From contig JBBDWR010000014.1 in NCBI GenBank assembly GCA_040902745.1, positions 6,374 through 70,373 on the forward strand: 64,000 nucleotides of DNA, read 5' to 3'. Source of the DNA: Actinomycetota bacterium. Its GTDB lineage: Bacteria; Actinomycetota; UBA4738; HRBIN12. A program made the position numbers and the translations under genes. Below the pieces are notes generated by a model. The model was not told the DNA's origin. It searched no databases and was given only the letters and a program-made list of their open reading frames with translations. The first letter of the stretch is position 1. The number at the start of each line of letters is the position of its first letter. This document shows positions 27,094 to 37,054 of the stretch, one piece after another.

Positions 27094-28704
27094 ATGTCCC
27101 TCTGGTTCTCGCGCGAGGAGTTCTCCGACAGCGAGCGGGCCCTGCTGTCCCGGTACTTCTCTAATCTCGATCTGCCGGTCTTCGCGCTGATCAACATGCC
27201 GGAGGTCGTCAAGGGGGCACTGTTCGCCCGGTATTCCCGCACCCCGAAGTCTCTGCGGCGGCTGTTCCTCGACGAGTTCGCCGAACAGGTCGCATCGGGC
27301 AAGGCGCCGGAACCGACGATGGGCGAAGAACGCGCGGAGAAGCTGTTCGACCGCGTCTTCGTGGAATACGGCGACGACTCCGTCGCCCAGCTCGGTGGCG
27401 TCCACCTCGCCTGCGAGCAGGCTTCCCAGCTGCTGTGCAAACAGCTCGAGTGGGGCCGCCTGGCCGCGTACTTGGAGCAGTCGACGCGCTACATGCGCTA
27501 TGACGACAAACCGGGGGGGCGATGGCGCGTCACGATGCCGCCCGAACTCGAAGGTACTCCGCACGCAGCCTCGTTCTCCGCGTTCGTCGACCTCGCGCTC
27601 GAAACCTACGGGCGGCTCTTCGAGCCGATGCAACAGTGGTACCGCGAGCGCTTCCCGCAGGAGGCGACCGACTCCGACTTCGTCTATCGCTCGACGATCC
27701 AAGCCAAGACCTGCGACACGCTGCGCGGCCTGCTCCCGGCGGCGACTCGATCCAACCTCGGGATCTACGCCACGGGACAGGCCTACGAGCAGCTCCTCCT
27801 TCGTCTGCGCGCACACCCGCTGCAGGAGATGCGCGAGTACGGCGACCTGATGCTGACCGAGCTGCGCACGGTGATCCCGGCGTTCCTCAAGCGCGTCGAC
27901 GTCGAGGATCGCGGCGTGGCGTGGTCGCGCTACCTGGCCGATCGCCGCGAGGCCACCCAGGAGATCGCCGCGAAGTTCCTCGAAGGTGTGGAGGTGGCCG
28001 ATCGCGAGGAGGTCACACTCGTCGACTCCGATCCCGACGGCGAGGTCAAGGTCGTCGCCGCGGCCCTGTACGCGTCCAGCGAACTGCCGGACGATCGTCT
28101 GCACGAACTCGCGCGATCGATGACCGTCGACGAGCGCAGCGCCGTGCTCACGGCCTATGTCGGCGAGCGGAGCAACCGGCGCCACAAGCCGGGCAGAGCT
28201 TTCGAACGCACCGGCTACCGATTCGACGTGCTCTGCGACTACGGCGCCTTCCGCGACCTACAGCGTCACCGCCTGCTCACGGTGGAATGGCAGCACCTGA
28301 CGACGACCCACGGGTACGAGCTGCCGGCCGACATCGAACGCGCGGGATTCTCCGGGGACGCCCGCGAGGTGCTCGAGCGCTCCGCGAACCTCGAACGCGA
28401 GCTGCGGGCGGCAGGCTTCGGAGACGCGGCACAGTACGCCGTCTCGCTCCAATACCGGATCCGGTTCGTGCTCCAGATGAACGCCAGAGAGGCGATGCAC
28501 CTGGCCGAGCTGCGGAGCGCGCCCCAAGGCCACCCCGTGTACCGCCGGGTCGCTCAACGGATCCACGAGCTGATCGCCGACCAGGCAGGGCACCGAGCGA
28601 TCGCAGCCGCGATGCAGCACGTCGACCACTCCGACGTGGACCTCGAACGTCTCGACGCCGAGCGCCGAACCGAAGCCAAACGCCGGGCGGTCGCGGACTC
28701 CTAA
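27094..28704 (+). CDS. tandem-duplicated ThyX-fold protein (FAD-dependent thymidylate synthase-like, two fused Thy1 domains with diverged motifs)
   Basis: ATG at 27094. Both halves align to the ThyX core. Against the canonical RHR-IASYNELSGRYS motif, half 1 has WGR-LAAYLEQSTRYM and half 2 has RHR-LLTVEWQ. Each half also has an LP..TR...NAR..L..L.LR....Q.E block. Confidence 0.6.
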   Translation: MSLWFSREEFSDSERALLSRYFSNLDLPVFALINMPEVVKGALFARYSRTPKSLRRLFLDEFAEQVASGKAPEPTMGEERAEKLFDRVFVEYGDDSVAQLGGVHLACEQASQLLCKQLEWGRLAAYLEQSTRYMRYDDKPGGRWRVTMPPELEGTPHAASFSAFVDLALETYGRLFEPMQQWYRERFPQEATDSDFVYRSTIQAKTCDTLRGLLPAATRSNLGIYATGQAYEQLLLRLRAHPLQEMREYGDLMLTELRTVIPAFLKRVDVEDRGVAWSRYLADRREATQEIAAKFLEGVEVADREEVTLVDSDPDGEVKVVAAALYASSELPDDRLHELARSMTVDERSAVLTAYVGERSNRRHKPGRAFERTGYRFDVLCDYGAFRDLQRHRLLTVEWQHLTTTHGYELPADIERAGFSGDAREVLERSANLERELRAAGFGDAAQYAVSLQYRIRFVLQMNAREAMHLAELRSAPQGHPVYRRVAQRIHELIADQAGHRAIAAAMQHVDHSDVDLERLDAERRTEAKRRAVADS

Positions 28705-29206
28705 CCGGCTACGGCCCGCGGAAGCCGCGCACGATCTTGGCGGCCTCGTCCTCGTGCCGCACCGGCACCGTGAAGCGGAACGGGCCTTCGTAGCCGGGCA
28801 GGCCCGGGCTGCCTCCTTAGGCCTTGCGCTCGGCGACCGTGCGAGCCGGCGAACCGACCGCAGCAGCTCGGGCCACCCCCCGCAGGATCGGGGCCGACGA
28901 GCGCGATGCCGAGCAGGGTTGCGACGGTGGTGGGCACGTGCGTATCCAACCACGCTGGGAGCGATCATCGGCGCCCGGACCGTGAGGGCGAGAGCGGGAA
29001 GGTTTGCCGTAAGCTGTGCGAACTCCGATGGACCGTCAATCCACCTTCTTGCTGGCCATGGCCATGCTGATCGCCGCCGGGGCCGCCGTTTCGGCGGCCG
29101 GGTGGACCCTGTTCGTCCGCGACCGGCGCTCCCACCGGCCCGCCGCCGCGACCGCCGGAGTACCCACTCCCGACGCGACCCATCACGAGGCTTCAGAGGA
29201 GCGGTA

Positions 29207-30499
29207 ATGCTCGAGCTCCTCGACCTCCGCGAGCGGAGGGAGCGCCTCGAGCCTCGACGTCTCGAGCCGGACCCTGCCGTCACCGAACCCGTGAGGGAAC
29301 TGATCTCGCGCGTCCGCAGCGAGGGCGACGACGCCCTCGTCGAGCTCGCCTTGCGATTCGATGGAGCGGACCTGGGCGCGACCGGCCTGCTCGCGACGCC
29401 GGACGAGTTCGAACGCGCCCAGGCACAGCTTCCCGCGCAGCTGCGTGATGCGATCGATGCGCTGATCGATCGCATCATCGATCTGCACCGCCGCCAGCTC
29501 CCGCACCAATGGTCGGACGAGCGAGACGGGACGAGGTTCGGCGAGATCGTGCGCCCGCTGCGCGCGGCGGGCTGCTACGTGCCCGGCGGGAGAGCGGAGT
29601 ACCCCTCTTCGGTCGCGATGACGGTCGTCCCGGCAGTCGTGGCCGGGGTCGAGGAGATCGTCGTCTGCACCCCAGGTCGAACCGACGGCGCCCTACCGCC
29701 CACGGTGTTGTACGCCGCGTTCCGGGCGGGAGCTACGCGCGTGGTCAAGACCGGCGGGGCGCAGGCGGTCGCCGCGATGGCGTTCGGCACCGACAGCGTG
29801 CCCGCGGTCGACCGGATCGTCGGACCGGGTAACGCCTACGTGACGGAGGCGAAACGTCAGGTCGCCGGGTTCGTGGGCATCGACGGCCTCGCCGGCCCCA
29901 GCGAACTGACGGTGGTGGCCGACGCCGCGGCGGATCCGGTGTTGATCGCGATCGACCTGATCGCGCAGGCTGAACACGACCCCGAGGCAAGCACGAACCT
30001 CGTCACCACCGACCCGGCGCTCGTCGAGGCAGCAGCCGAGCGATTGACCGTCGAAGTCGTGCGAGCGGGGCGGCGGGAGATCGTGGAGCAGGCGCTGACC
30101 CACAACCGCGCCTACCTCGTCGCCGACCTGACCCAAGCCGCCGAGGTCGTCGACGACCTCGCGGCGGAGCACCTCCAATTACTGCTCGCCGACCCTCGGG
30201 CGTTCGTCGAAACGATCCGCAACGCTGGAGCGATCTTCTTGGGACCGTGGACGGCAGTGCCGTTCGGCGACTACGGGGTCGCATCCAACCACGTGCTCCC
30301 AACCGCCGGGACGGCGCGGTTCGCCTCGGGCCTGCGCGCGTCCGACTTCGTCACCGTCAGCTCCGTGATCGAGATGGAGCCCGCCGCAGTGCGTTCGCTG
30401 TCGCCCTCGGTGGTCGCGATCGCCGAGAGCGAAGGGCTCGTCGGCCACGCTCGGGCCGTCCGCGTGCGCGACGAACGCGCGATCGAGGAGGAGACATGA
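29207..30499 (+). CDS. hisD: histidinol dehydrogenase
   Basis: ATG at 29207. HisD core motifs (YVPGGRAEYPSSV, NAGAIFLGPW, E...NHVLPT). 430 aa. Confidence 0.9.
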   Translation: MLELLDLRERRERLEPRRLEPDPAVTEPVRELISRVRSEGDDALVELALRFDGADLGATGLLATPDEFERAQAQLPAQLRDAIDALIDRIIDLHRRQLPHQWSDERDGTRFGEIVRPLRAAGCYVPGGRAEYPSSVAMTVVPAVVAGVEEIVVCTPGRTDGALPPTVLYAAFRAGATRVVKTGGAQAVAAMAFGTDSVPAVDRIVGPGNAYVTEAKRQVAGFVGIDGLAGPSELTVVADAAADPVLIAIDLIAQAEHDPEASTNLVTTDPALVEAAAERLTVEVVRAGRREIVEQALTHNRAYLVADLTQAAEVVDDLAAEHLQLLLADPRAFVETIRNAGAIFLGPWTAVPFGDYGVASNHVLPTAGTARFASGLRASDFVTVSSVIEMEPAAVRSLSPSVVAIAESEGLVGHARAVRVRDERAIEEET

Positions 30500-31551
30500 C
30501 CGCCGAACCTCGCCCCGGGATCCGCGACACCGGGCCGTACGTGTCGCCCCAGCTCGACGTGCCCGCGCGACTGAACACGAACGAGTGTCCGTTCCCGCTC
30601 CCGGAGGACTTCTCGCGCGACCTCGCTCGCGCGGTCGCAGACATCCCGCTCAACCGCTATCCAGAGGGGCAGGCCACGCGCCTGCGGGAAGACCTCGCCG
30701 ACTTCGCGGGCCACATCCCGGAAGGCACGTGGGCGGCCAACGGATCCAACGAGGTCCTCACCCAGCTGTTGCTCGCCTACGGCGGGCCGGAACGCTCCGC
30801 GCTGGTGTTCGAGCCGACCTACCCGCTGCACTCGCGGTTGTCGTGGCTGACCCACACCAGGGTCGAACGAGGCGAACTCGGCGGGGGCTTCACCCTGGGC
30901 GACGAGGAGATCGCACGCGCCGTCGCCGTCACACCCGACGTCATCTTCGTCTGTTCCCCCAACAACCCCACCGGAAATGTGCAGTCGCCCGCATCGGTAC
31001 GCACGCTCGCCGAGGCGGTGCCCGAGGCGCTCGTGATCGTCGACGAGGCCTACATCGAGTTCGGGGGTGAGAGCGCGTTGCCGCTGGTCGCGTCACACCC
31101 GAACGTCGTCGTGGTCCGTACGCTTTCGAAGGCGTTCGCGCTGGCGGGGGTTAGGCTCGGCTACTGCCTGGCCGATCCTAAGGTCGTCGACGACCTGCGG
31201 GTGGTGCGGCTCCCCTATCACCTGTCGTCGCTCACCCAGGCTGCAGGGATCACCGCCCTGCAGCACGTTGCCGAGGCGACGTCGATGCTCGGCGCGGTGC
31301 GCCGAGAACGCGATCGGATCGTCGAGGTGCTCTCGGGGTTCGAGGGCGTGACGGTGTTCCCGAGCGACGCGAACTTCGTGCTGTTCGCTCCTCCCGATGG
31401 GTGCGATGCGCGCGAGCTGTGGCAGCGACTGCTGGATCGGGGGGTGCTGGTGCGCGATCTCACGTCGTCGATCCCCCAGGGGCTGCGCGTGACCGCGGGG
31501 GCCCCGCACGAGGTGGATCTGTTTCTCAAGGTGATGGAAGAGGTGCTATAG
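30496..31551 (+). CDS. hisC: histidinol-phosphate aminotransferase
   Basis: ATG overlaps the hisD stop. Class II aminotransferase with a PLP-lysine region (SKAFALAGVRLGY). 351 aa. Confidence 0.9.
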   Translation: MTAEPRPGIRDTGPYVSPQLDVPARLNTNECPFPLPEDFSRDLARAVADIPLNRYPEGQATRLREDLADFAGHIPEGTWAANGSNEVLTQLLLAYGGPERSALVFEPTYPLHSRLSWLTHTRVERGELGGGFTLGDEEIARAVAVTPDVIFVCSPNNPTGNVQSPASVRTLAEAVPEALVIVDEAYIEFGGESALPLVASHPNVVVVRTLSKAFALAGVRLGYCLADPKVVDDLRVVRLPYHLSSLTQAAGITALQHVAEATSMLGAVRRERDRIVEVLSGFEGVTVFPSDANFVLFAPPDGCDARELWQRLLDRGVLVRDLTSSIPQGLRVTAGAPHEVDLFLKVMEEVL

Positions 31552-32145
31552 ATGAGCGAAGCCCCGCGACGGTCAACCGTTGAACGCGCCACGAATGAAG
31601 CCCAGATCCACGTGGAGCTCACACTCGACGGGAACGGTGTCGCGAACGCCGACACCGGCATGCCCTTCTTCGACCACATGTTGGGACAGCTCGGAAAACA
31701 CGCCGGGTTCGACCTCGATGTGAGCGCGAAGGGCGACCTCGATGTCGACGGTCACCACACCGTCGAGGACGTGGGCATCACCCTCGGACAGGCATTGGCG
31801 GAGTCGCTCGGCGACAAGGCCGGGATCCGTCGGTTCGGATCGTGTTCGGTCCCGATCGACGAGGCGTTGGTCGACTGCGCGCTCGATCTATCGGGTCGTC
31901 CGTACCTGGTACACGAGGTCCCGGTACCGGCGGAGACGATCGGCAGCTTCGACACCGGCCTGACCGAGGACTTCCTCCAGGCCTTCACGACGACGGCCCA
32001 GATGACCTTGCACCTGCGGCTGGTCTCGGGGCGCAGCCCGCACCACGTCGTGGAGGCCGAGTTCAAGTCGCTCGCGCGCGCACTCGGCGACGCATGTGCG
32101 CTCACCGGCCGTTCCAGCATCCCGTCGACGAAGGGAACCCTGTGA
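31552..32145 (+). CDS. hisB: imidazoleglycerol-phosphate dehydratase
   Basis: 197 aa. Conserved IGPD motifs (DHHTVEDVGI, HHVVEA). Confidence 0.9.
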   Translation: MSEAPRRSTVERATNEAQIHVELTLDGNGVANADTGMPFFDHMLGQLGKHAGFDLDVSAKGDLDVDGHHTVEDVGITLGQALAESLGDKAGIRRFGSCSVPIDEALVDCALDLSGRPYLVHEVPVPAETIGSFDTGLTEDFLQAFTTTAQMTLHLRLVSGRSPHHVVEAEFKSLARALGDACALTGRSSIPSTKGTL

Positions 32146-32753
32146 CGACGGTCGCCGTCCTGGACTACGGCATGGGGAACCTGCACTCGGTCTCGCGCGC
32201 GCTCGCCAAGGTGGGCGCGACCGTGGAGGTGACCGGCGACGCCGAACTCGGCGCGCGCGCCGACGCCCTCGTCGTCCCCGGCGTGGGGCACTTCGGCGCC
32301 TGCATGCGCGCGCTCGCGCGCCACGGACTGGAGGATGTGGTTCGCCGGGTGGCTTCGTCCGGGGCCCCCGTGCTCGGGGTGTGCCTCGGGATGCAGGTGC
32401 TGTTCGAGCGGAGCGAGGAGGACGACGCGGACGGTCTCGGCGTGCTCTCCGGTGGATCTCGCAAGCTCCCCGACGACGTGAAGGTTCCGCACATGGGATG
32501 GAACGACGTGACCTGGATCGCACCGCACCCCTACGTCGCCCAGCTCGCTCCGGGAACGCGCTTCTACTTCGTGCACTCTTACGCCCCCGACGTGATCGAT
32601 GGGCTCACCGTGGGGACCGCCGAGTACGGACGAGCGTTCTCCGCGGTCGTCGCGCGCGACAACGTGTTCGCGACGCAGTTCCACCCCGAGAAGTCCGGGG
32701 ACGCCGGATTGCAGCTCTACGAGACGTTCGTGAAGGAGGCCGGTGCCAAGTGA
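32142..32753 (+). CDS. hisH: imidazole glycerol phosphate synthase glutaminase subunit
   Basis: GTG start overlaps the hisB stop. Class I GATase motifs (GVCLGMQ, HSY, FHPEKS). Confidence 0.9.
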   Translation: MTTVAVLDYGMGNLHSVSRALAKVGATVEVTGDAELGARADALVVPGVGHFGACMRALARHGLEDVVRRVASSGAPVLGVCLGMQVLFERSEEDDADGLGVLSGGSRKLPDDVKVPHMGWNDVTWIAPHPYVAQLAPGTRFYFVHSYAPDVIDGLTVGTAEYGRAFSAVVARDNVFATQFHPEKSGDAGLQLYETFVKEAGAK

Positions 32754-33457
32754 TCGTGATCCCCGCGATCGACCTGCGAGGCGGGCGCGCCGTCCGGCTG
32801 TTCCGGGGCGACCCACAAGCAGAGACCGAGTACTCGACAGACCCTACCGAGGTGGCGAAGCGCTTCGAAGCCGAGGGCGCACGGCGGATCCACGTCGTCG
32901 ATCTCGATGCCGCGCTCGATACCGGCGACAACCGCGAGGTCGTGAAGGAGATCATCCGCAACGTCGCGATCCCGGTGCAGCTCGGAGGCGGCATCCGGTC
33001 GATGGACGCGATCGAGGAGGTGCTCTCTCCCCGGATGGCGTCGCGCGCCGTGCTCGGCACGGCCGCCGCCGCGGATCCCGACCTCGTTCGGCGGGCCGTC
33101 GAGAAGTTCGAGGATCACATCGTGGTCGCCGTCGACATCCTGGACGGCAACGTGATGGTGCGCGGATGGCAGGAGGCCGGAGCGCCGATCGACGAGGCGA
33201 TCCCCCAGCTGATCTCCGCCGGGGCCCCGCGGTTCCTCGTGACGTCGATCCAGAAGGACGGCACGATGGACGGCCCCGATCTCGCGCTGTACGAGCGGGT
33301 GACCGAGCTCGCGGGAGACGTCCCGGTGATCGCGAGCGGCGGCGTCCGCAACGCCGACGACGTGTGGGCCCTGCGGGAGCTGGCCTGCGAGGCCGTCGTG
33401 GTCGGCAAGGCCTTCTACGTCGGAACGCTGCAGCTCTCGGAGGTCGTCCGAGGATGA
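32750..33457 (+). CDS. hisA: ProFAR isomerase HisA (PriA-type in Actinobacteria)
   Basis: GTG start overlaps the hisH stop. N-terminus [15 protein letters not shown] and the (beta/alpha)8 phosphate-binding motif GGGIRS. 235 aa. Confidence 0.85.
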   Translation: MIVIPAIDLRGGRAVRLFRGDPQAETEYSTDPTEVAKRFEAEGARRIHVVDLDAALDTGDNREVVKEIIRNVAIPVQLGGGIRSMDAIEEVLSPRMASRAVLGTAAAADPDLVRRAVEKFEDHIVVAVDILDGNVMVRGWQEAGAPIDEAIPQLISAGAPRFLVTSIQKDGTMDGPDLALYERVTELAGDVPVIASGGVRNADDVWALRELACEAVVVGKAFYVGTLQLSEVVRG

Positions 33458-34221
33458 CGCTGGCCAAGCGCCTGATCCCGTGCCTCGATGTCGACGCTGG
33501 CCGCGTCGTCAAGGGAACCAACTTCGTCGACCTGCGCGACGCGGGCGATCCGGTGGAGCTTGCGGCCCGCTACGACGCGGAAGGTGCCGACGAACTCGTG
33601 TTCCTCGACATCACGGCGACCGTGGAAGGCCGCCGCAGCACGCTCGAGGTGATCGCGTCGACGGCGGAACAGGTCTTCATCCCGCTGACCGTGGGCGGGG
33701 GGGTTCGCAGCGACGACGACGTCAACGCCTTGCTCCGCGCCGGGGCCGACAAGGTGGCGATCAACTCCGCGGCGGTTCGCGACCCTGCGCTGCTCCAGCG
33801 GTGCGCCGATCGCTTCGGCACCCAATGTATGGTCGTTGCGATCGATGTACGGCGTCGCGACGACGATGACCGCTGGGAGGTCGTCGTCGACGCCGGCCGC
33901 ACCCCCACCGGTCGCGGGGCGGTGGAATGGGCCGTCGAAGCCACCTCGGAGCGCGGGGCCGGTGAGATCCTTCTCACGTCGATGGACCGTGACGGCACGG
34001 GCCAGGGCTACGACCTCGAGCTGCTCCGGGCGGTCGGAGGCGCGACGAACGTCCCGCTCGTTGCCAGCGGCGGAGCCGGCACGCCCGAACACTTCGCGGA
34101 CGCGGTGCTGGAGGGCACTGCCGACGCCGTCCTCGCCGCGAGTCGTTTCCACTTCGAGGAATTGTCGATCCGTCAGGTCAAGGAGTCGATGGCACAGCGC
34201 GGGATCCCGGTGCGACTGTGA
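33454..34221 (+). CDS. hisF: imidazole glycerol phosphate synthase cyclase subunit
   Basis: N-terminus [24 protein letters not shown] and the motifs GGGVRS and SGGAG. Confidence 0.9.
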   Translation: MTLAKRLIPCLDVDAGRVVKGTNFVDLRDAGDPVELAARYDAEGADELVFLDITATVEGRRSTLEVIASTAEQVFIPLTVGGGVRSDDDVNALLRAGADKVAINSAAVRDPALLQRCADRFGTQCMVVAIDVRRRDDDDRWEVVVDAGRTPTGRGAVEWAVEATSERGAGEILLTSMDRDGTGQGYDLELLRAVGGATNVPLVASGGAGTPEHFADAVLEGTADAVLAASRFHFEELSIRQVKESMAQRGIPVRL

Positions 34222-34234
34222 CGGAGGGGACGCG

Positions 34235-34609
34235 ATGACCGAGCCCACCGACGGGGCGATCGATCGCGCCCCCGTGAGCCTGGACGGCCTGCGCTTCGAC
34301 GACCGAGGCCTGGTCCCGGTGATCGTGCAGGAGGCCGACACCGGCGACGTATTGATGTTCGCGTGGGCCAATCGCGAGTCTCTCGAGCGCACGTTGGAGG
34401 AGGGGCGTATGGTCTACTGGAGCCGATCCCGCCAGGAGCTGTGGCGCAAGGGAGATACGAGCGGCAACATCCAGCACTGGGAGGCTCTCCGCGCCGACTG
34501 CGACGCCGACGTCGTCCTCGCGCGCGTGCACCAGACGGGGCCAGCATGTCACACGGGCGAACGCTCGTGTTTCTTCCGTCCGCTATCGGGCGACGACGGA
34601 GCGACCTAG
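34235..34609 (+). CDS. hisI: phosphoribosyl-AMP cyclohydrolase (monofunctional, no HisE fusion)
   Basis: 124 aa. Motifs [21 protein letters not shown] and the zinc site C..GERSCF. Preceded by a GGAGGGGA RBS. Confidence 0.9.
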   Translation: MTEPTDGAIDRAPVSLDGLRFDDRGLVPVIVQEADTGDVLMFAWANRESLERTLEEGRMVYWSRSRQELWRKGDTSGNIQHWEALRADCDADVVLARVHQTGPACHTGERSCFFRPLSGDDGAT

Positions 34610-34645
34610 GCAGACGTCGGTGTGGTGGACGGCCGCTCGCGTGAC

Positions 34646-35056
34646 TCAGTCGGGCGCCGTGGGATCGATGACCGTTAGGCCCTCGAAGTGCTCGCGATAG
34701 AACCCTCGGTCGCGCGTCAGGAGCGCGTCCGCACGCTCCATGGCGTGGGCCCCGATCAGGAAGTCGGCAACGATCCTGGAACGTGGACCTCCGGACTCGC
34801 GGTATGGGCGCCAGATCCTCGCGGCGCGCTCCGCCGCCGGTCGACCGGCCGGTACGAACGCGACCTGCAGGCGGTCGAGAACTTGGTTCGCCGAATCAGT
34901 ATCGGGGAAGAGGGACGACACCTCGGCCCACACGACCTCGCCCGCGATCAGGCTTCCGTGCAGCAACGCGAGCCGAAGAGCGGCCCCCGAGGCAGCGCCG
35001 TATTCGTCGTCTTGGAGCAGATCGATGAGAACGCTCGAATCCGCTGCGGTGATCAC
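34646..35056 (-). CDS. vapC: PIN-domain ribonuclease toxin VapC
   Basis: 136 aa. PIN acidic residues (D6 in MITAADSSVLID, and DFLIGAHA). Start overlaps the upstream antitoxin stop. Confidence 0.8.
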   Translation of the reverse strand: MITAADSSVLIDLLQDDEYGAASGAALRLALLHGSLIAGEVVWAEVSSLFPDTDSANQVLDRLQVAFVPAGRPAAERAARIWRPYRESGGPRSRIVADFLIGAHAMERADALLTRDRGFYREHFEGLTVIDPTAPD

Positions 35057-35313
35057 GCGTCGCCCAAGGGATCGGGGTCTCCTCGCAGTTCGGCGAGCAC
35101 CTGTTCGGTTGTTCTGCCCGTCCGAAGGATGCCGCGAACCGACTCCACCGGATCTTCAGTCGGCGCCTTCCGCAGGACGATCCGGCCCTCCTCCTCGACG
35201 AACTCGACCTCCGTGCCAGGTCGTAACCCGAACCGCTCGCGAAGGCCCTTTGGGACCGTGACCTGTCCCTTCTCCGAAATCACGTGAGGCATACCTCCAT
35301 AGTAGGAATCCAT
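35053..35313 (-). CDS. vapB: AbrB/MazE/SpoVT-type antitoxin VapB
   Basis: Swapped-hairpin motif ISEKGQVTVPKGLRERFGLRPGTEVEF. Start is uncertain: ATG at 35313 (MDSYYGGMPHV), 35292 (MPHV, where GGAGG is only 2 nt upstream) or 35355. Confidence 0.7.
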   Translation of the reverse strand: MDSYYGGMPHVISEKGQVTVPKGLRERFGLRPGTEVEFVEEEGRIVLRKAPTEDPVESVRGILRTGRTTEQVLAELRGDPDPLGDA

Positions 35314-35406
35314 ACGGCTGTCGTCAAACTCGCGCGCAAGGGAGCGGCGACCCACCGATACACTGCCGGGGCTCTCGGAACTCGTCTGTGAGGTAGGTCA
35401 CCCCTC

Positions 35407-36282
35407 GTGCTGAAGCTCGTGATCCCGAAAGGCTCCCTGGAGGAGCAGACCCTGCGGCTGTTCGAGGCCGCCGACCTTGCGGTGCGCCGCTCCAGCGCCC
35501 GGGACTACCACGGCTCGATCGACGACGACCGGATCGAACGCGTGAGCGTGCTGCGCCCGCAAGAGATCCCCGCCTATGTGGAGGAGGGCCTGTTCGACAT
35601 CGGCATCACCGGCCGGGACTGGGTCGTAGAGACCGGATCGAACGTCGTGGAACTCGCCTCGCTCAGCTACGCGAAGTCGGGAACCGGCCACGGGACGAAG
35701 GTGGTCCTCGCGGTGCCGAACGAGCACCCGGCCGACAGCGCCGCCAAGCTACCTGCCGGGACGCGCATCTCGACGGAATTCGAGCACCTCACGCAGCGCT
35801 ACTTCGACGATCTGAACATCCCCGTGCACGTCGTGTGGAGCTACGGCGCGACCGAGGCGAAGGTTCCCGAGATCGTGGATGCGATCGTCGACATCACCGA
35901 GACGGGCAGCACGCTGCGCGCACACGGGATGAAGATCATCGAGACGCTGCTGGAGTCGGAGGTCCTGCTGATCGCGAACACCGTGGCGGCCGCCGATCCC
36001 GCCAAGAAGGCGGCGATGGACGACCTGGTCACCCTGTTGCTCGGCGCCCTTCGTGCCGAGGGCAAGGTGCTGATCAAGCTCAACGTCGGCAAGGGTGAGC
36101 TCGACAAGGTGCTCGAGATCGTTCCCTCGATGAAGGCGCCCACCGTCTCGGAGCTGTCCGACGGCGGGTTCGCGATCGAAACCGTGGTGGAGAAGCGCGG
36201 CGTGAATCGCCTGATCCCCGAGCTGAAGGCGGCCGGAGCGACCGACATCCTTGAGATGCCGATCACGAAGATCGTCCCCTAG
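35407..36282 (+). CDS. hisG: ATP phosphoribosyltransferase, long form
   Basis: GTG start. N-terminus LKLVIPKGSLEEQTLRLF. Catalytic domain plus a C-terminal regulatory domain. 291 aa. Confidence 0.9.
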   Translation: MLKLVIPKGSLEEQTLRLFEAADLAVRRSSARDYHGSIDDDRIERVSVLRPQEIPAYVEEGLFDIGITGRDWVVETGSNVVELASLSYAKSGTGHGTKVVLAVPNEHPADSAAKLPAGTRISTEFEHLTQRYFDDLNIPVHVVWSYGATEAKVPEIVDAIVDITETGSTLRAHGMKIIETLLESEVLLIANTVAAADPAKKAAMDDLVTLLLGALRAEGKVLIKLNVGKGELDKVLEIVPSMKAPTVSELSDGGFAIETVVEKRGVNRLIPELKAAGATDILEMPITKIVP

Positions 36283-36292
36283 CGCGTTCGGA

Positions 36293-37054
36293 TCAGGTCA
36301 CGTCGCGGCGGGAGAACCACGCGCCGGCGATCACGACACCGATCGCCGCGTACAGCAGCAGCTGCAACCCGGCGGTAGTCGCCGTGCGCCCGGAACCAGG
36401 GATGACGCCGTCGTTGAAGCCGATCAGGAAGATCGCGATGTTCTCCCCGATCAACCACGGCTGCAGGCTCGGCTTGAGGCCACGGATCAATCCCTCGGCG
36501 ACCGCGAGCCACGCGAACGCGATGCCCAACGCCGCCGCGGTGGTGCGCGACACCATCGCGATCGACATCGCGATCAGCGCGCCGATCGAGCACACGGCTC
36601 CTGCCCGAATCAGCGTTTCGCCGATGTCGGAAAGCCAGGTGCCGTCGACACCGTCCGTGACCCCGTTGATCGCGGCGGCCGCGGCGAGGAAGGCGACCAG
36701 GACGGCCTCGAGGACAACGGCCAAAACGAAGACGCCGATCGCCAATGCGATCACCTTTGCCACCAGCACGCGGAGCCGCCGAGGCTCCCAGGTCAGCTGG
36801 GTCGCGATGGTGCCGGCGCTCCAGTCCGCGCCAAGGAAGGACGCCCCCACCACCAGCGCACCGATCATGTAGAAGGGGCTGACACCGGGCAGCACGTCAG
36901 CGACCTCCACCAGGCTGAGCGGGCTTGGCTGTTTCGAGGTCGCGGCCGCGATCACGCCCGCCACGGCACTCAGGGCGATCGCCAACAGGATGCCGACGCG
37001 GGTCAGCCGGCGCGACCACAGGCGAAGGAACTCGATGCGGATCAACCGGATCAT
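36293..37054 (-). CDS. ABC-2 type transporter permease
   Basis: 253 aa with six predicted TM helices. Start is coupled to the upstream ATPase stop. Confidence 0.75.
   Translation of the reverse strand: MIRLIRIEFLRLWSRRLTRVGILLAIALSAVAGVIAAATSKQPSPLSLVEVADVLPGVSPFYMIGALVVGASFLGADWSAGTIATQLTWEPRRLRVLVAKVIALAIGVFVLAVVLEAVLVAFLAAAAAINGVTDGVDGTWLSDIGETLIRAGAVCSIGALIAMSIAMVSRTTAAALGIAFAWLAVAEGLIRGLKPSLQPWLIGENIAIFLIGFNDGVIPGSGRTATTAGLQLLLYAAIGVVIAGAWFSRRDVT

Noticed and set aside
29016-29207. Histidine-operon leader peptide
   Set aside because: The 63-codon ORF abutting hisD has only scattered His codons and no tandem His run. It also lacks a convincing RBS. Kept only as a weak note inside the gap finding.
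28258-29478. 406-aa minus-strand ORF spanning the thyX-like 3' end, the intergenic gap and the hisD 5' end
   Set aside because: Crosses two well-supported sense genes. Product is Arg/Ser/Ala-rich low complexity.
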